Origin: an uncultured Candidatus Rokubacteria bacterium
GTDB lineage: Bacteria; Methylomirabilota; Methylomirabilia; Rokubacteriales; CSP1-6
Length of the DNA: 64,000 nt
Direction: 5' to 3'
Assembly (NCBI GenBank): GCA_963743355.1
Contig: CAVUPM010000004.1
Location: 131,845 to 195,844, forward strand
The translations under genes were made by a program, and so were the position numbers. The notes under the pieces were generated by a model that saw only the letters and a program-made list of their open reading frames with translations, did not search any database and was not told where the DNA came from. This document shows positions 54,150 to 62,418 of this stretch, one piece after another (within the stretch, counting starts at the first letter, position 1; the number at the start of each line of letters is the position of its first letter).

Positions 54150-55066
54150 GCCCGCGCGAACTTCTGCAGCGACCGCAGGTGACGCGGCGGCGTCTCGTGC
54201 TGGCCCACCGCGGTGAACGAGACCTCGGCCACGTAGAAGTCCCCGTGGGAGTCCACCGCCACGCCGTGCGGCGCGACGAACTCGCCGGGCTTCTCGCCGG
54301 CGAAGCGCCCGCCCACGCGGCCCATCAGCTCGCCCTTGATCGACAGGATGCTGACGCGGGCCCCGACGTTCGGCACCTCCCGGTTGACCGGCAGGTGGGT
54401 CGGTAGCTCGCCGACGTAGAAGGTGTCGTTCCGCGAGTCGGCATAGAGCCCGCACGGCCGGTGGAGATTCTTCCACTGGTCGAGGTACTTGCCGCTGCCG
54501 TCGAAGATCTGCACGCGGGAGTTCTCGCGGTCGGCGACGTAGACGAGGCCGGCGGCGTCGGTGGCAATGTTGTGCGGGATGTTGAAGCAGCCGGGATCGG
54601 TGCCCGGCTCGCCCCACGACAGCAGCGGCCGGCCGGCCGGATCGAACTTGTGCACGCGCGAGTTGCCGTACCCGTCGGAGATGTAGATGTTGCCGGTCTT
54701 GGGACAGATCGCCGAGTGGGTCGGCCGGTTGAACGGCTTGCCGCCGTGCAGCGACGACGCCTGGTCCGGATCGCCGATGGTCAGCCGCAGCTTCCCGTCG
54801 GGCGTGAACTGTCGGATGGTGTGGTGCAGGTCGTCGGTGAGCCAGATGCTGCCGTCGGGCCCGACGTTGATCCCGTGGGCGCGCCGGATGAGCCCTTCAC
54901 CCCACGAGCGCAGGAACGTGCCGTCGCGGTCGAACACGATGACGGGGTGCTGCCCCCGGTTGAAGACCCAGACGTTGTCGCTGGCGTCGACGGCGACGCT
55001 CGTGGCCTCCACGAAGGACCAGCCCTCGGGCAGGCGGCCCCAGCCCTCGACCGGACGGTATGGCAT
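54146..55066 (-). CDS. NHL-repeat beta-propeller protein, peptidyl-alpha-hydroxyglycine alpha-amidating lyase (PAL)-like
   Basis: 306 aa with repeated NHL-like blades (VAVDASDNVWVFNRG, INVGPDGSIWLTD, IYISDGYGNSRVHKF, VYVADRENSRVQIF, FYVAEV). Confidence 0.75.
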   Translation of the reverse strand: MPYRPVEGWGRLPEGWSFVEATSVAVDASDNVWVFNRGQHPVIVFDRDGTFLRSWGEGLIRRAHGINVGPDGSIWLTDDLHHTIRQFTPDGKLRLTIGDPDQASSLHGGKPFNRPTHSAICPKTGNIYISDGYGNSRVHKFDPAGRPLLSWGEPGTDPGCFNIPHNIATDAAGLVYVADRENSRVQIFDGSGKYLDQWKNLHRPCGLYADSRNDTFYVGELPTHLPVNREVPNVGARVSILSIKGELMGRVGGRFAGEKPGEFVAPHGVAVDSHGDFYVAEVSFTAVGQHETPPRHLRSLQKFARA

Positions 55067-55162
55067 GGCGGGCTCCTCTCGCCGCGGTGTCGGCGGCGCC
55101 GCCTATACTGCCACAGGTTCTTCCACCCTTTTGGGCCGGCCCGGGCGTATATCACTTCGACC

Positions 55163-55654
55163 ATGGACGAGCGCGCCTTCGCCCGACTGGCCGAGGAATA
55201 CGCAGGCCGGCTGTACTCGGTGGCGTACCGGATGCTCGGCAACCGGGCCGACGCCCAGGACGCCGTGCAGCGCGCGCTGCTCAAGTGCTTTGCGGCGCGC
55301 GCGAGCTATTCCCCGCAATGGGCGGTGTCGACGTGGCTCTACCGCGCGCTCACGAACGTGTGTATCGACGAGCTGCGCCGGCGGCGGGTGCGCACCGACG
55401 ACGTCGACCCCCGAGCCGAGGCGTCGACGCCTCCGACGTCGGTCGGGGAGCGCCTCGACCTGACGCGGGCCTTGAATACGGTCCCGCGCGAGGCGCGGAT
55501 GCTGCTGGCCCTGCACTATGTGGACGGGCTCGGCTACCGCGAGCTGGCGAAGATCCGGGGGATCTCGGTCAACACGGTGAAGAGCCAGCTGGCCCGGGGC
55601 AAGGCGATCTTGAAAAAGGCGCTGCAAGCAGGAGGACATGATGGATCGGACTGA
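55163..55654 (+). CDS. ECF-type RNA polymerase sigma-70 family factor
   Basis: 163 aa with region 2 (YRMLGNRADAQDAVQRALLK ... WLYRALTNVCIDELRRR) and region 4 (LHYVDGLGYRELAKIRGISVNTVKSQLARGK). Confidence 0.9.
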   Translation: MDERAFARLAEEYAGRLYSVAYRMLGNRADAQDAVQRALLKCFAARASYSPQWAVSTWLYRALTNVCIDELRRRRVRTDDVDPRAEASTPPTSVGERLDLTRALNTVPREARMLLALHYVDGLGYRELAKIRGISVNTVKSQLARGKAILKKALQAGGHDGSD

Positions 55655-56351
55655 CGCGATGCTGCGAGAGCTGTTCGCGGTGCGGGCGCCGTCCACGCTG
55701 TCGGGACGGGTGCGGGCGGCGCTACGGGAGCCGACCCCCACACTGGAGGCGCTGGCCGACCGCTTCCACTTCGAGGCGACCGAGCTGGGCGTGTCGCGTC
55801 TGGCCTACGGGCGCGGGCGCGACGTGGCCGCCGGCCGCGGGCGCCGCCACGTCGAGCAGGCGCGCGCCGAGCTGGCCGAGTACCTGGCCGGGCGCCGCAC
55901 CTTCTTCACGGTGCCGGTCGACCTGGCCGGCGTGGCCGAGTTCCAGGATCAGGTGCTGGCCGAGGCGCGACGCATCCCCTTCGGCGAGGTGTCGTCGTAC
56001 GCGGCGCTGGCCCGGCGTATCGGTCACCCGCGCGCGGCGCGTGCCGTCGGCAACGCGCTCGGCGCCAACCCGGTGCCGGTGCTGGTCCCCTGCCACCGCG
56101 TGATTCGCGGCGACGGCACCTGGGGCCACTACGCGTTCGGCGCCGCGCTGAAGACGCGCCTGCTGGCCCTCGAACGCGCCACGCCGTTGCTGGTGGGCAG
56201 CACGAGCACCCGCATCGTCTGCCGCCACGGCTGCCGGAACGAGCAACGGATCGGCGAGGACCGGCGCATCGTGTTCGCGTCGGTCGCCGATGCCGCCGGC
56301 GTGGGCTATCGGCCGTGCCCGGTTTGTCATCCGCGTGACGATGCCGCCTGA
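55638..56351 (+). CDS. methylated-DNA-protein-cysteine methyltransferase (MGMT/Ogt) fused to a C-terminal Ada-like four-Cys zinc module
   Basis: 237 aa with IPFGEVSSYAALARRIGHPRAARAVGNALGANPVPVLVPCHRVI (the PCHR active site). The C-terminus CRHGC...RIVFASVADAAGVGYRPCPVCHP resembles the Ada zinc domain. The gene overlaps the sigma gene by 17 nt. Confidence 0.8.
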   Translation: MMDRTDAMLRELFAVRAPSTLSGRVRAALREPTPTLEALADRFHFEATELGVSRLAYGRGRDVAAGRGRRHVEQARAELAEYLAGRRTFFTVPVDLAGVAEFQDQVLAEARRIPFGEVSSYAALARRIGHPRAARAVGNALGANPVPVLVPCHRVIRGDGTWGHYAFGAALKTRLLALERATPLLVGSTSTRIVCRHGCRNEQRIGEDRRIVFASVADAAGVGYRPCPVCHPRDDAA

Positions 56352-56373
56352 GCGGGCGTGATAACCTCGGGCC

Positions 56374-56970
56374 ATGATCCGCCGGATCGTGGCCGTGCTG
56401 GCGCTGGCCCTGCTGGCGCCGGCGCCCGCCGCCGCGCAGTACTACCCGATCTTCGACGCCCACATCCACTACAGCCAGCCGGACTGGGACGCGTACACGC
56501 CGGAGCGCATTCTGTCCATCCTGGCCCGCGCCGGGGTGCGCCGCGCGCTGGTATCGAGCACGCCCGACGACGGCACGCTCAAGCTCTACGAACGGGCGCC
56601 GGCCGGCATCGTGCCGTCACTGCGGCCGTACCGGACGCGTGCCGACATGAGCACGTGGACGCGTGACCCCGCCGTCGCCGCCTACGTCGAGGAGCGCCTG
56701 AAGCGCGGCATCTACCGCGCGCTCGGCGAATCGCACTTCGGCGCCGGCGATGTCGGGGCGCCGGTGGTGAGGCGCATCGCCGAGCTGGCGGTGCAGCACA
56801 CGCTCTTCCTCTGGTGTCACATCGACGCCACGACCGCCGAGGCCATGCTCAGGACGTACCCGGGCGTCAGGGTCCTGTGGGCGGTGCAGGGCTGGCTGCA
56901 ACAACTGCCGCGCGAGGTCGCCGAGCAGATCGCCTGGAGGAACGGCGACCGGCTCTTCCCACCGCCCTGA
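56374..56970 (+). CDS. amidohydrolase-family (TIM-barrel metal hydrolase) protein, exported, unusually short
   Basis: 198 aa with a signal peptide, FDAHIHY (HxH), and a C-terminus IAWRNGDRLF typical of amidohydrolase_2-like proteins. Confidence 0.65.
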   Translation: MIRRIVAVLALALLAPAPAAAQYYPIFDAHIHYSQPDWDAYTPERILSILARAGVRRALVSSTPDDGTLKLYERAPAGIVPSLRPYRTRADMSTWTRDPAVAAYVEERLKRGIYRALGESHFGAGDVGAPVVRRIAELAVQHTLFLWCHIDATTAEAMLRTYPGVRVLWAVQGWLQQLPREVAEQIAWRNGDRLFPPP

Positions 56971-56974
56971 GCCG

Positions 56975-57538
56975 ATGACCATGCCCGTTCTCATCATCCC
57001 GGGCTGGGGCGACTCCGGCCCGGGGCACTGGCAGAGCCTGTGGGAGCACGCGAACCCGGGCTTCCGCCGCGTCGTCCAGCGCGATTGGGAATACCCGATC
57101 TGCACGGAATGGGTGGCGACGCTCGACCGTGAGATCCGGGCGAGCGGAGGCCCGGTGGTCCTGGTCGCGCACAGCCTCGGCTGCATTTCCGTGGCGCACT
57201 GGGCGCGCACCAGCGCGCGTCCCGTTCACGCCGCGCTGCTGGTGGTACCGCCCGACGTCGAGCACCCTGACTTTCCGCCGGTGGTCGAAGGCTTCGCGCC
57301 GATCCCTCGTGAGCGGCTGGCGTTTCCCAGCATCGTCGTCGCCAGCCGCAACGATCGGTTCGGCGATTTCGAGCGCAGCCGCGGCCTGGCCGAGGCGTGG
57401 GGGAGCTGGTTCGTCGACGCCGGGAACAGCGGCCACGTCAATACGGACGCCGGCTTCGGTCCGTGGCCGCTGGGCGAGAGGCTGCTCGCGGAGCTGATTC
57501 AGGGCGCGGCGGCGAGCAAGCGGCGGTCGGAGTCGTAG
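56975..57538 (+). CDS. YdeN/RBBP9-type serine hydrolase (alpha/beta fold)
   Basis: 187 aa with VLIIPGWGDSGPGHWQ, the nucleophile VLVAHSLGC, and GHVN near the C-terminus. Confidence 0.85.
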   Translation: MTMPVLIIPGWGDSGPGHWQSLWEHANPGFRRVVQRDWEYPICTEWVATLDREIRASGGPVVLVAHSLGCISVAHWARTSARPVHAALLVVPPDVEHPDFPPVVEGFAPIPRERLAFPSIVVASRNDRFGDFERSRGLAEAWGSWFVDAGNSGHVNTDAGFGPWPLGERLLAELIQGAAASKRRSES

Positions 57539-57927
57539 CGCAGCCGGGCCTGGGCCTCCGCCCGATCGGCCCACAGCACCTCGTCGACCTCGTGGTCGTG
57601 CTCGCCGACCTTGGCGATCGGCCGCATCAGATACCAGCGCACGGTCTTGCGGATGCGCCGGCCGCCGCGCTGGAACCAGTACGTCACCGGCGTCAGCTCG
57701 CGCACGAGCTCGCATTTGTAGCCGGTCTCTTCCTGCACCTCGCGCAGGGCGGCGTCGATGCTCGTCTCCCCGGGGTTGAGGGCGCCCTTCGGCAGCGTCC
57801 ACACCGGCTGGCTGCGCAGGTCGCGGGCGCGAATGAGGAGGACGCGACCCTCGTCGTCGAACACGAGGCCACCCGCCGAGAATTCGAGTCGAGGACTGGC
57901 GCGCCGGTCCGCCATGCGTCCCATCAT
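57499..57927 (-). CDS. NUDIX hydrolase
   Basis: 142 aa with the Nudix box GALNPGETSIDAALREVQEETG. Confidence 0.9.
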   Translation of the reverse strand: MMGRMADRRASPRLEFSAGGLVFDDEGRVLLIRARDLRSQPVWTLPKGALNPGETSIDAALREVQEETGYKCELVRELTPVTYWFQRGGRRIRKTVRWYLMRPIAKVGEHDHEVDEVLWADRAEAQARLRYDSDRRLLAAAP

Positions 57928-57969
57928 ACCCGGCTCACCGAACCGGTCGAGCCGAGCGAGGGGCCGCGC

Positions 57970-58428
57970 TCAGCGGGCGGCGCTCAGCAACGGAGTCAGA
58001 CGGGCCTCGATCGCCGGCCGCGGCTGCACGCCGACCAGACGGTCCACCAGTTGCCCGCGGTTGAAGCTCAGCAGCGTCGGGATGCCACGAATCTCGTAGC
58101 GCGCGGCGGTCTGGGGATTGGCGTCGACGTCCAGCTTGCCGACCACCACTCGTCCCGCGTAGTCCCGAGCCAGCGCCTCGATGGTAGGCGCCAGCATGTG
58201 ACAGGGCCTGCACCACTCCGCCCAGCAGTCGAGCAGGACCGGCGTGGTGGCCTTGAGCACGATGGTCTCGAAGTTGGCATCGGTCACGGTGACCGGCGCG
58301 GCCGCCGTGGCCAGCGGCGCCTTGCACTTCCCGCAGCGGGCGGGCTTCCCCGCCCGCTCGGCCGGGATCCGATTGACGGCGCCACAGCTGGGGCAACGGA
58401 TCTCCAGCACCGGCAGGGTCTCAGGCAT
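57970..58428 (-). CDS. trxC: thioredoxin 2 (N-terminal zinc-finger thioredoxin)
   Basis: 152 aa with an N-terminal CPSC...CGKC zinc finger. The thioredoxin fold carries a WCRPC active site, plus GIPTLL. Confidence 0.85.
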   Translation of the reverse strand: MPETLPVLEIRCPSCGAVNRIPAERAGKPARCGKCKAPLATAAAPVTVTDANFETIVLKATTPVLLDCWAEWCRPCHMLAPTIEALARDYAGRVVVGKLDVDANPQTAARYEIRGIPTLLSFNRGQLVDRLVGVQPRPAIEARLTPLLSAAR

Positions 58429-58496
58429 GGCAGGCACCCCTGAGGTGGAGTTTACTCTGCTATGGTGACCCGTCGAGGGAGCGCTACGGCCTGACG

Positions 58497-60146
58497 ATGG
58501 ACGATCTGCTCGCGCACTTTCCCGCCGGCGCCATCCCGCGCCCGGAGCAAGCGCGACTGCTGGCCGCTCTCGGTGATGCGCTGGCCGAGATCGAGGACGA
58601 CCCCCAGGCCCCGCGCGTCCTCGTCGTGGAAGCACCGCCCGGCGTCGGCAAGAGCCACGTGGCCATGACGCTCGCCCGCTGGAGCGGCGAGGCCTACCTT
58701 CTCACCTCGCAGAAGCTGCTCCAGGACCAGTACGAGCGTGAGTTCGGCGCCGAGCTGGCGCTGGTGAAGGGCCGCGACAACTACGTGTGCGAGCGCTACC
58801 ACGGCGCCCCCGTGCCCACCTCGCGCGGGATGTGCCGGCGGGTGCGCGGCCCCGTCTGTGGCTGCCCGTACGTACGGGCCAAGCAGAGGGCGCTGAGCGC
58901 GCCGATCTTCTGCACGAACACCGCGTACTTCGCGACGCTGCGCCACTGGCACGCCGAGCAGCTTCGCCGCCGCCGGCTGCTGATCATCGACGAGGCGCAC
59001 AACCTCGAGAGCCAGCTCGTCGGCGTGTTCACCGCCCGCTTCTCGCACGATGAGATGCGCGGGTGGTTTGGCGGGCCGCTGCCGCGGCTGCCGCTGGCGG
59101 ACGACTATCGGCCGATCCTCGCCGGCCACGTCCGGCGGCTGGAGGGGAGCCTGGACGAGGTCCGCCTTCGCCTGGAGGCGCTGCGGCCGTCCGAGATGCC
59201 GGCGGACCTCTTCCTCGAGATGCCGCCGACCCGCGCGGAGCAGGACCTCCTGGAGCAGCGCGATCTGCTGGAGGGTGCCCTGGCGCGCATCACGTTCTTC
59301 CTCGAGGCCGAGGACCGCGAGTGGATCGTCCGCTACCCGGAGACCGCGGGTGCCGAGCTGGCGCTGGTGCCGCTCACGGTGGCCTCGATGGCGCGTGAGC
59401 TGTTTGCGGAGTGCGCGGAGATCACCGTGCTGTCGTCGGCCTACCTCGGGCACCGGACGGTGCTGGCGGAGTACTTCGGGCTGGACGAAGCCGACGTGCG
59501 CGTGTTCGCGACCGGGTCGCCGTTCTCCCTGGAGCAGCGGCCGATCGTCTACCGGCCGGTGGGGGCGCTGTCGCAGGCCACGCGGGCGCGGCTGGAGCCG
59601 GCGCTGTTCGCCGAGGTGGCGGCGATTCTCGCCGCGCACCCGCGCGACAAGGGACTCATCCACGTGGCCTCGTATGACGCCGGGCGCCGCCTGGTCCACG
59701 ACCTGGGTGTCCGGGCGCCGCGCGAGGCGCGCCGGCTGCTGTGGATCGACTCGGCGGGCGGCAAGGCGGGCGCGCTCGATCTGCACCGGGCGTCGGCGCT
59801 GCCCACGGTGCTGGTGTCGCCGTCGCTACGAGAAGGCGTCGATCTCCCCGACGACTTCCTGCGATTCCAGGTGCTCACGAAGCTGCCGTATCCCGACCTC
59901 GGCGATCCATGGACGGCGGCGCGACGGGAGCGGGACCCGCGGTGGTATGCGGTGGAGACGGCGAAGGCGCTGCTGCAAGCGTACGGACGGTCGTGCCGTC
60001 ACGCCGGCGATCATGGCGTGACGTACGTGCTGGACGCGCAGTTCGTCCGGTTCTTGCAGCACTACCGCGTCCTGCTGCCGGAGTGGTTTCTCGACGCCGC
60101 CGAGCCGGCGTTGCGCTCCGGACACCAGGTGCCCGGCGACGACTGA
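58497..60146 (+). CDS. XPD/DinG (Rad3)-family ATP-dependent DNA helicase
   Basis: 549 aa with Walker A APPGVGKS and a four-Cys FeS-type insert (C-x14-C-x8-C-x-C). It also has the DEAH box IIDEAHNL and a C-terminal helicase_C_2-like block (GVDLPDD...QAYGRSCR). Confidence 0.85.
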   Translation: MDDLLAHFPAGAIPRPEQARLLAALGDALAEIEDDPQAPRVLVVEAPPGVGKSHVAMTLARWSGEAYLLTSQKLLQDQYEREFGAELALVKGRDNYVCERYHGAPVPTSRGMCRRVRGPVCGCPYVRAKQRALSAPIFCTNTAYFATLRHWHAEQLRRRRLLIIDEAHNLESQLVGVFTARFSHDEMRGWFGGPLPRLPLADDYRPILAGHVRRLEGSLDEVRLRLEALRPSEMPADLFLEMPPTRAEQDLLEQRDLLEGALARITFFLEAEDREWIVRYPETAGAELALVPLTVASMARELFAECAEITVLSSAYLGHRTVLAEYFGLDEADVRVFATGSPFSLEQRPIVYRPVGALSQATRARLEPALFAEVAAILAAHPRDKGLIHVASYDAGRRLVHDLGVRAPREARRLLWIDSAGGKAGALDLHRASALPTVLVSPSLREGVDLPDDFLRFQVLTKLPYPDLGDPWTAARRERDPRWYAVETAKALLQAYGRSCRHAGDHGVTYVLDAQFVRFLQHYRVLLPEWFLDAAEPALRSGHQVPGDD

Positions 60147-60162
60147 CCGCGACGGGTTCGCG

Positions 60163-61656
60163 CTAGCGAGCGCCGCCGCGCGCGGCGGTCGCGGCCGATC
60201 GACCAGCGAGCCGCCCGAACACCGCGCCCGCCATCAACCCCGCCCCGCCCGGATAGTTGTGGTAGAAGATCCCGCCCACCAGCTCGCCGGCCGCGAACAG
60301 CCCGGGAATCGCGCGCTGCTCGCAGTCGATCACCCGCCCGGCGTCATCGATCTTCAGCCCGCCGAACGTGAACGTGATGCCCGTCGTCACCGCGTAGCCC
60401 ACGTAGGGCGGCGTGTCGAGCGCCTGCGCCCAGTTCGACTTGGGCAGCGCCAGGCCCCGCGTCCCGCGACCGTCCTTCACCGCCGGGTTGAACGGCACGT
60501 CCTTCATGACCGCGGCGTTGAACTCGGTCACCGTCTTCACGAACCCCGGAACGTCGATCTCGAGCTTGCGGGCCAGCTCCTCGAAGGTGTTCGCCTCCGC
60601 CTTGGTGACCTCGCGGATGCGGTACTCCTCGCGCAGGATGTCGACGACCTTCTGGTCGAAGATCTGGAACGCGGTGCGGCGGGGCTGACCGATCACCGCG
60701 CGCCCGTATTTCACGTAGGTGTAGTTGCGGAAGTCGGCGCCCTCGTCCACGAACCGCTCGCCGCGGAGGTTGACGATGACACCGACCGGGTACGAGTGCT
60801 TCTGGAAGTTGTCGCCGACCTTGCGGTCGCCGTGCCAGGGCGCGTTGAGGTCCCACTGCACGGAGTGGCAGCCGCTCCAGTGCCCCCAGGGCAGCGCACC
60901 GATGTCGATGGCCATGCGGATGCCGTCGCCGGTGTTGTAGGGCGTGCCACGCACGCGGGCCAGTTCCCAGTTGGGGCCGAGGTAGCGGGTGCGCATCTCG
61001 GGGTTGGCCTCGAAGCCGCCCGAGGCCAGCACGACGGCGCCGGCGTTGATCGTCTCGGTGCCCTCCGGGGTGCGCACCACGATGCCGGTGACACGACCGC
61101 GATCATCCGTGACCAGGCGCGTCGCCTTCGTCTCGAAGCGCACGTCGATGCCCGCCTTGGCGGCCGACGCGTACTCCATGTCGATCAGACCCGGCCCACC
61201 CCCGACGGCCTCCAGCACCAGCCCACCCCAGAAGCGGAACTTTCCGCCCACCTTGTAGGCCTGGCGGCCGAACATCGGGATCCAGCGGATGCCGCGGTCC
61301 TTCATCCAGCGCACGGTATTCTGCGACTCGCGCACCAGGGACAGCGCCATGTCGGGGTCGGCGCAGTCCTCGGTCACGCGCATGAGGTCGTCGTAGAAGT
61401 TGTCCTCGGTGTAGGGGTCGACCTCCATCTGGGCGGCTTCCTGGTCGGAGAGATCCCCGATGAGCGTGCGCAGCTCGTCGAAGCTCTTGAACGCGAAGCG
61501 GAAGCCGCCGGCGGTGAAGAAGCCATTACCGCCGCGCCAGGCCTCCGGGGCCTTCTCGAGCACCAGCACGCGCGCGCCCGACTCTTGCGCCGAGAGGGCC
61601 GCGCACATCGCCGCGTTGCCGCCGCCCACCACCACCACGTCGTATACCGTTGCCAC
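60163..61656 (-). CDS. FAD-dependent oxidoreductase (fumarate reductase/succinate dehydrogenase flavoprotein-like, TcuA/KstD-related)
   Basis: 497 aa with DVVVVGGGNAAMCAALSAQESGARVLVLEK and a C-terminal GLFAAGELVGG. Confidence 0.8.
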   Translation of the reverse strand: MATVYDVVVVGGGNAAMCAALSAQESGARVLVLEKAPEAWRGGNGFFTAGGFRFAFKSFDELRTLIGDLSDQEAAQMEVDPYTEDNFYDDLMRVTEDCADPDMALSLVRESQNTVRWMKDRGIRWIPMFGRQAYKVGGKFRFWGGLVLEAVGGGPGLIDMEYASAAKAGIDVRFETKATRLVTDDRGRVTGIVVRTPEGTETINAGAVVLASGGFEANPEMRTRYLGPNWELARVRGTPYNTGDGIRMAIDIGALPWGHWSGCHSVQWDLNAPWHGDRKVGDNFQKHSYPVGVIVNLRGERFVDEGADFRNYTYVKYGRAVIGQPRRTAFQIFDQKVVDILREEYRIREVTKAEANTFEELARKLEIDVPGFVKTVTEFNAAVMKDVPFNPAVKDGRGTRGLALPKSNWAQALDTPPYVGYAVTTGITFTFGGLKIDDAGRVIDCEQRAIPGLFAAGELVGGIFYHNYPGGAGLMAGAVFGRLAGRSAATAARGGAR

Positions 61657-61759
61657 GAGGTCAGCCCTCCTCAGGGATCCGTCGTCCGCGTACGTTAGGG
61701 CGCCCCCCGCGAGGTGTCAAGCGCCGCCCCCGGCATTGATCTTGCTCACTCGCAGGGTC

Positions 61760-62414
61760 GTGCCTACTGCGGTGACGGTGACCCTGGGACTCTTCCTCGT
61801 GCTGATCACCTCCGGCGCAAGCGCCGAACCGGTCGCGGTGAGGTTCCCCGAGGGCGCCACCCACGGCTTCGTGGTGTTGAGCAGTGAACGGGGCGACGTG
61901 CTGGCGCACGGCGAGCTCGTGCAGGCGCCGCACGCTGACGGCATGCAAAGCCGGCTCGTCTTCCGTTTCGTTCGACCGCGCCAGCCGCCGCTATCGCGCC
62001 CGGACCGGCACCGACGCGCCCGTCGAGGGCACCCTCGACCTGCCGGAGGACGTGCACAACGGCATGACGGGGACGCTGCTCCGCAACCTCCCCGCCGGCG
62101 CGTCGGCGAACGGCCACGTGATCGCCTTCACGCCAAAGCCTCGGCTGTTGCGGTCGACGATGCGTCCGGACGGTGAGGACAAATATTTCGTCGGCGACGC
62201 CGCCCGCACCGCAACCCGCTGTCTGGTCACGCTGGAGATCGGCGGTCTCACGGGGGTGGTCGCTTTCGTCCTCGGCAAAGACCCGCCCGATCTACGCTTC
62301 TGGATCTCCAGTGGGCCAGCCCCGGCCTTCCTGAAGTTCCAGGGCGCCATGTTCGTCAAGGGGCCGACGTGGCGAATCGACCCGTCGGGTCCGCGCTGGT
62401 CCAGCAACCGCTGA
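61760..62414 (+). pseudogene. hypothetical exported protein with a +1 frameshift near 61960
   Basis: A signal-like N-terminus (VPTAVTVTLGLFLVLITSGASA) and about 70 codons lie in the frame of ORF 61460-62176. The protein-like sequence then continues in the frame of ORF 61884-62414. No family was recognised. Confidence 0.5.
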
Positions 62415-62418
62415 GCGC

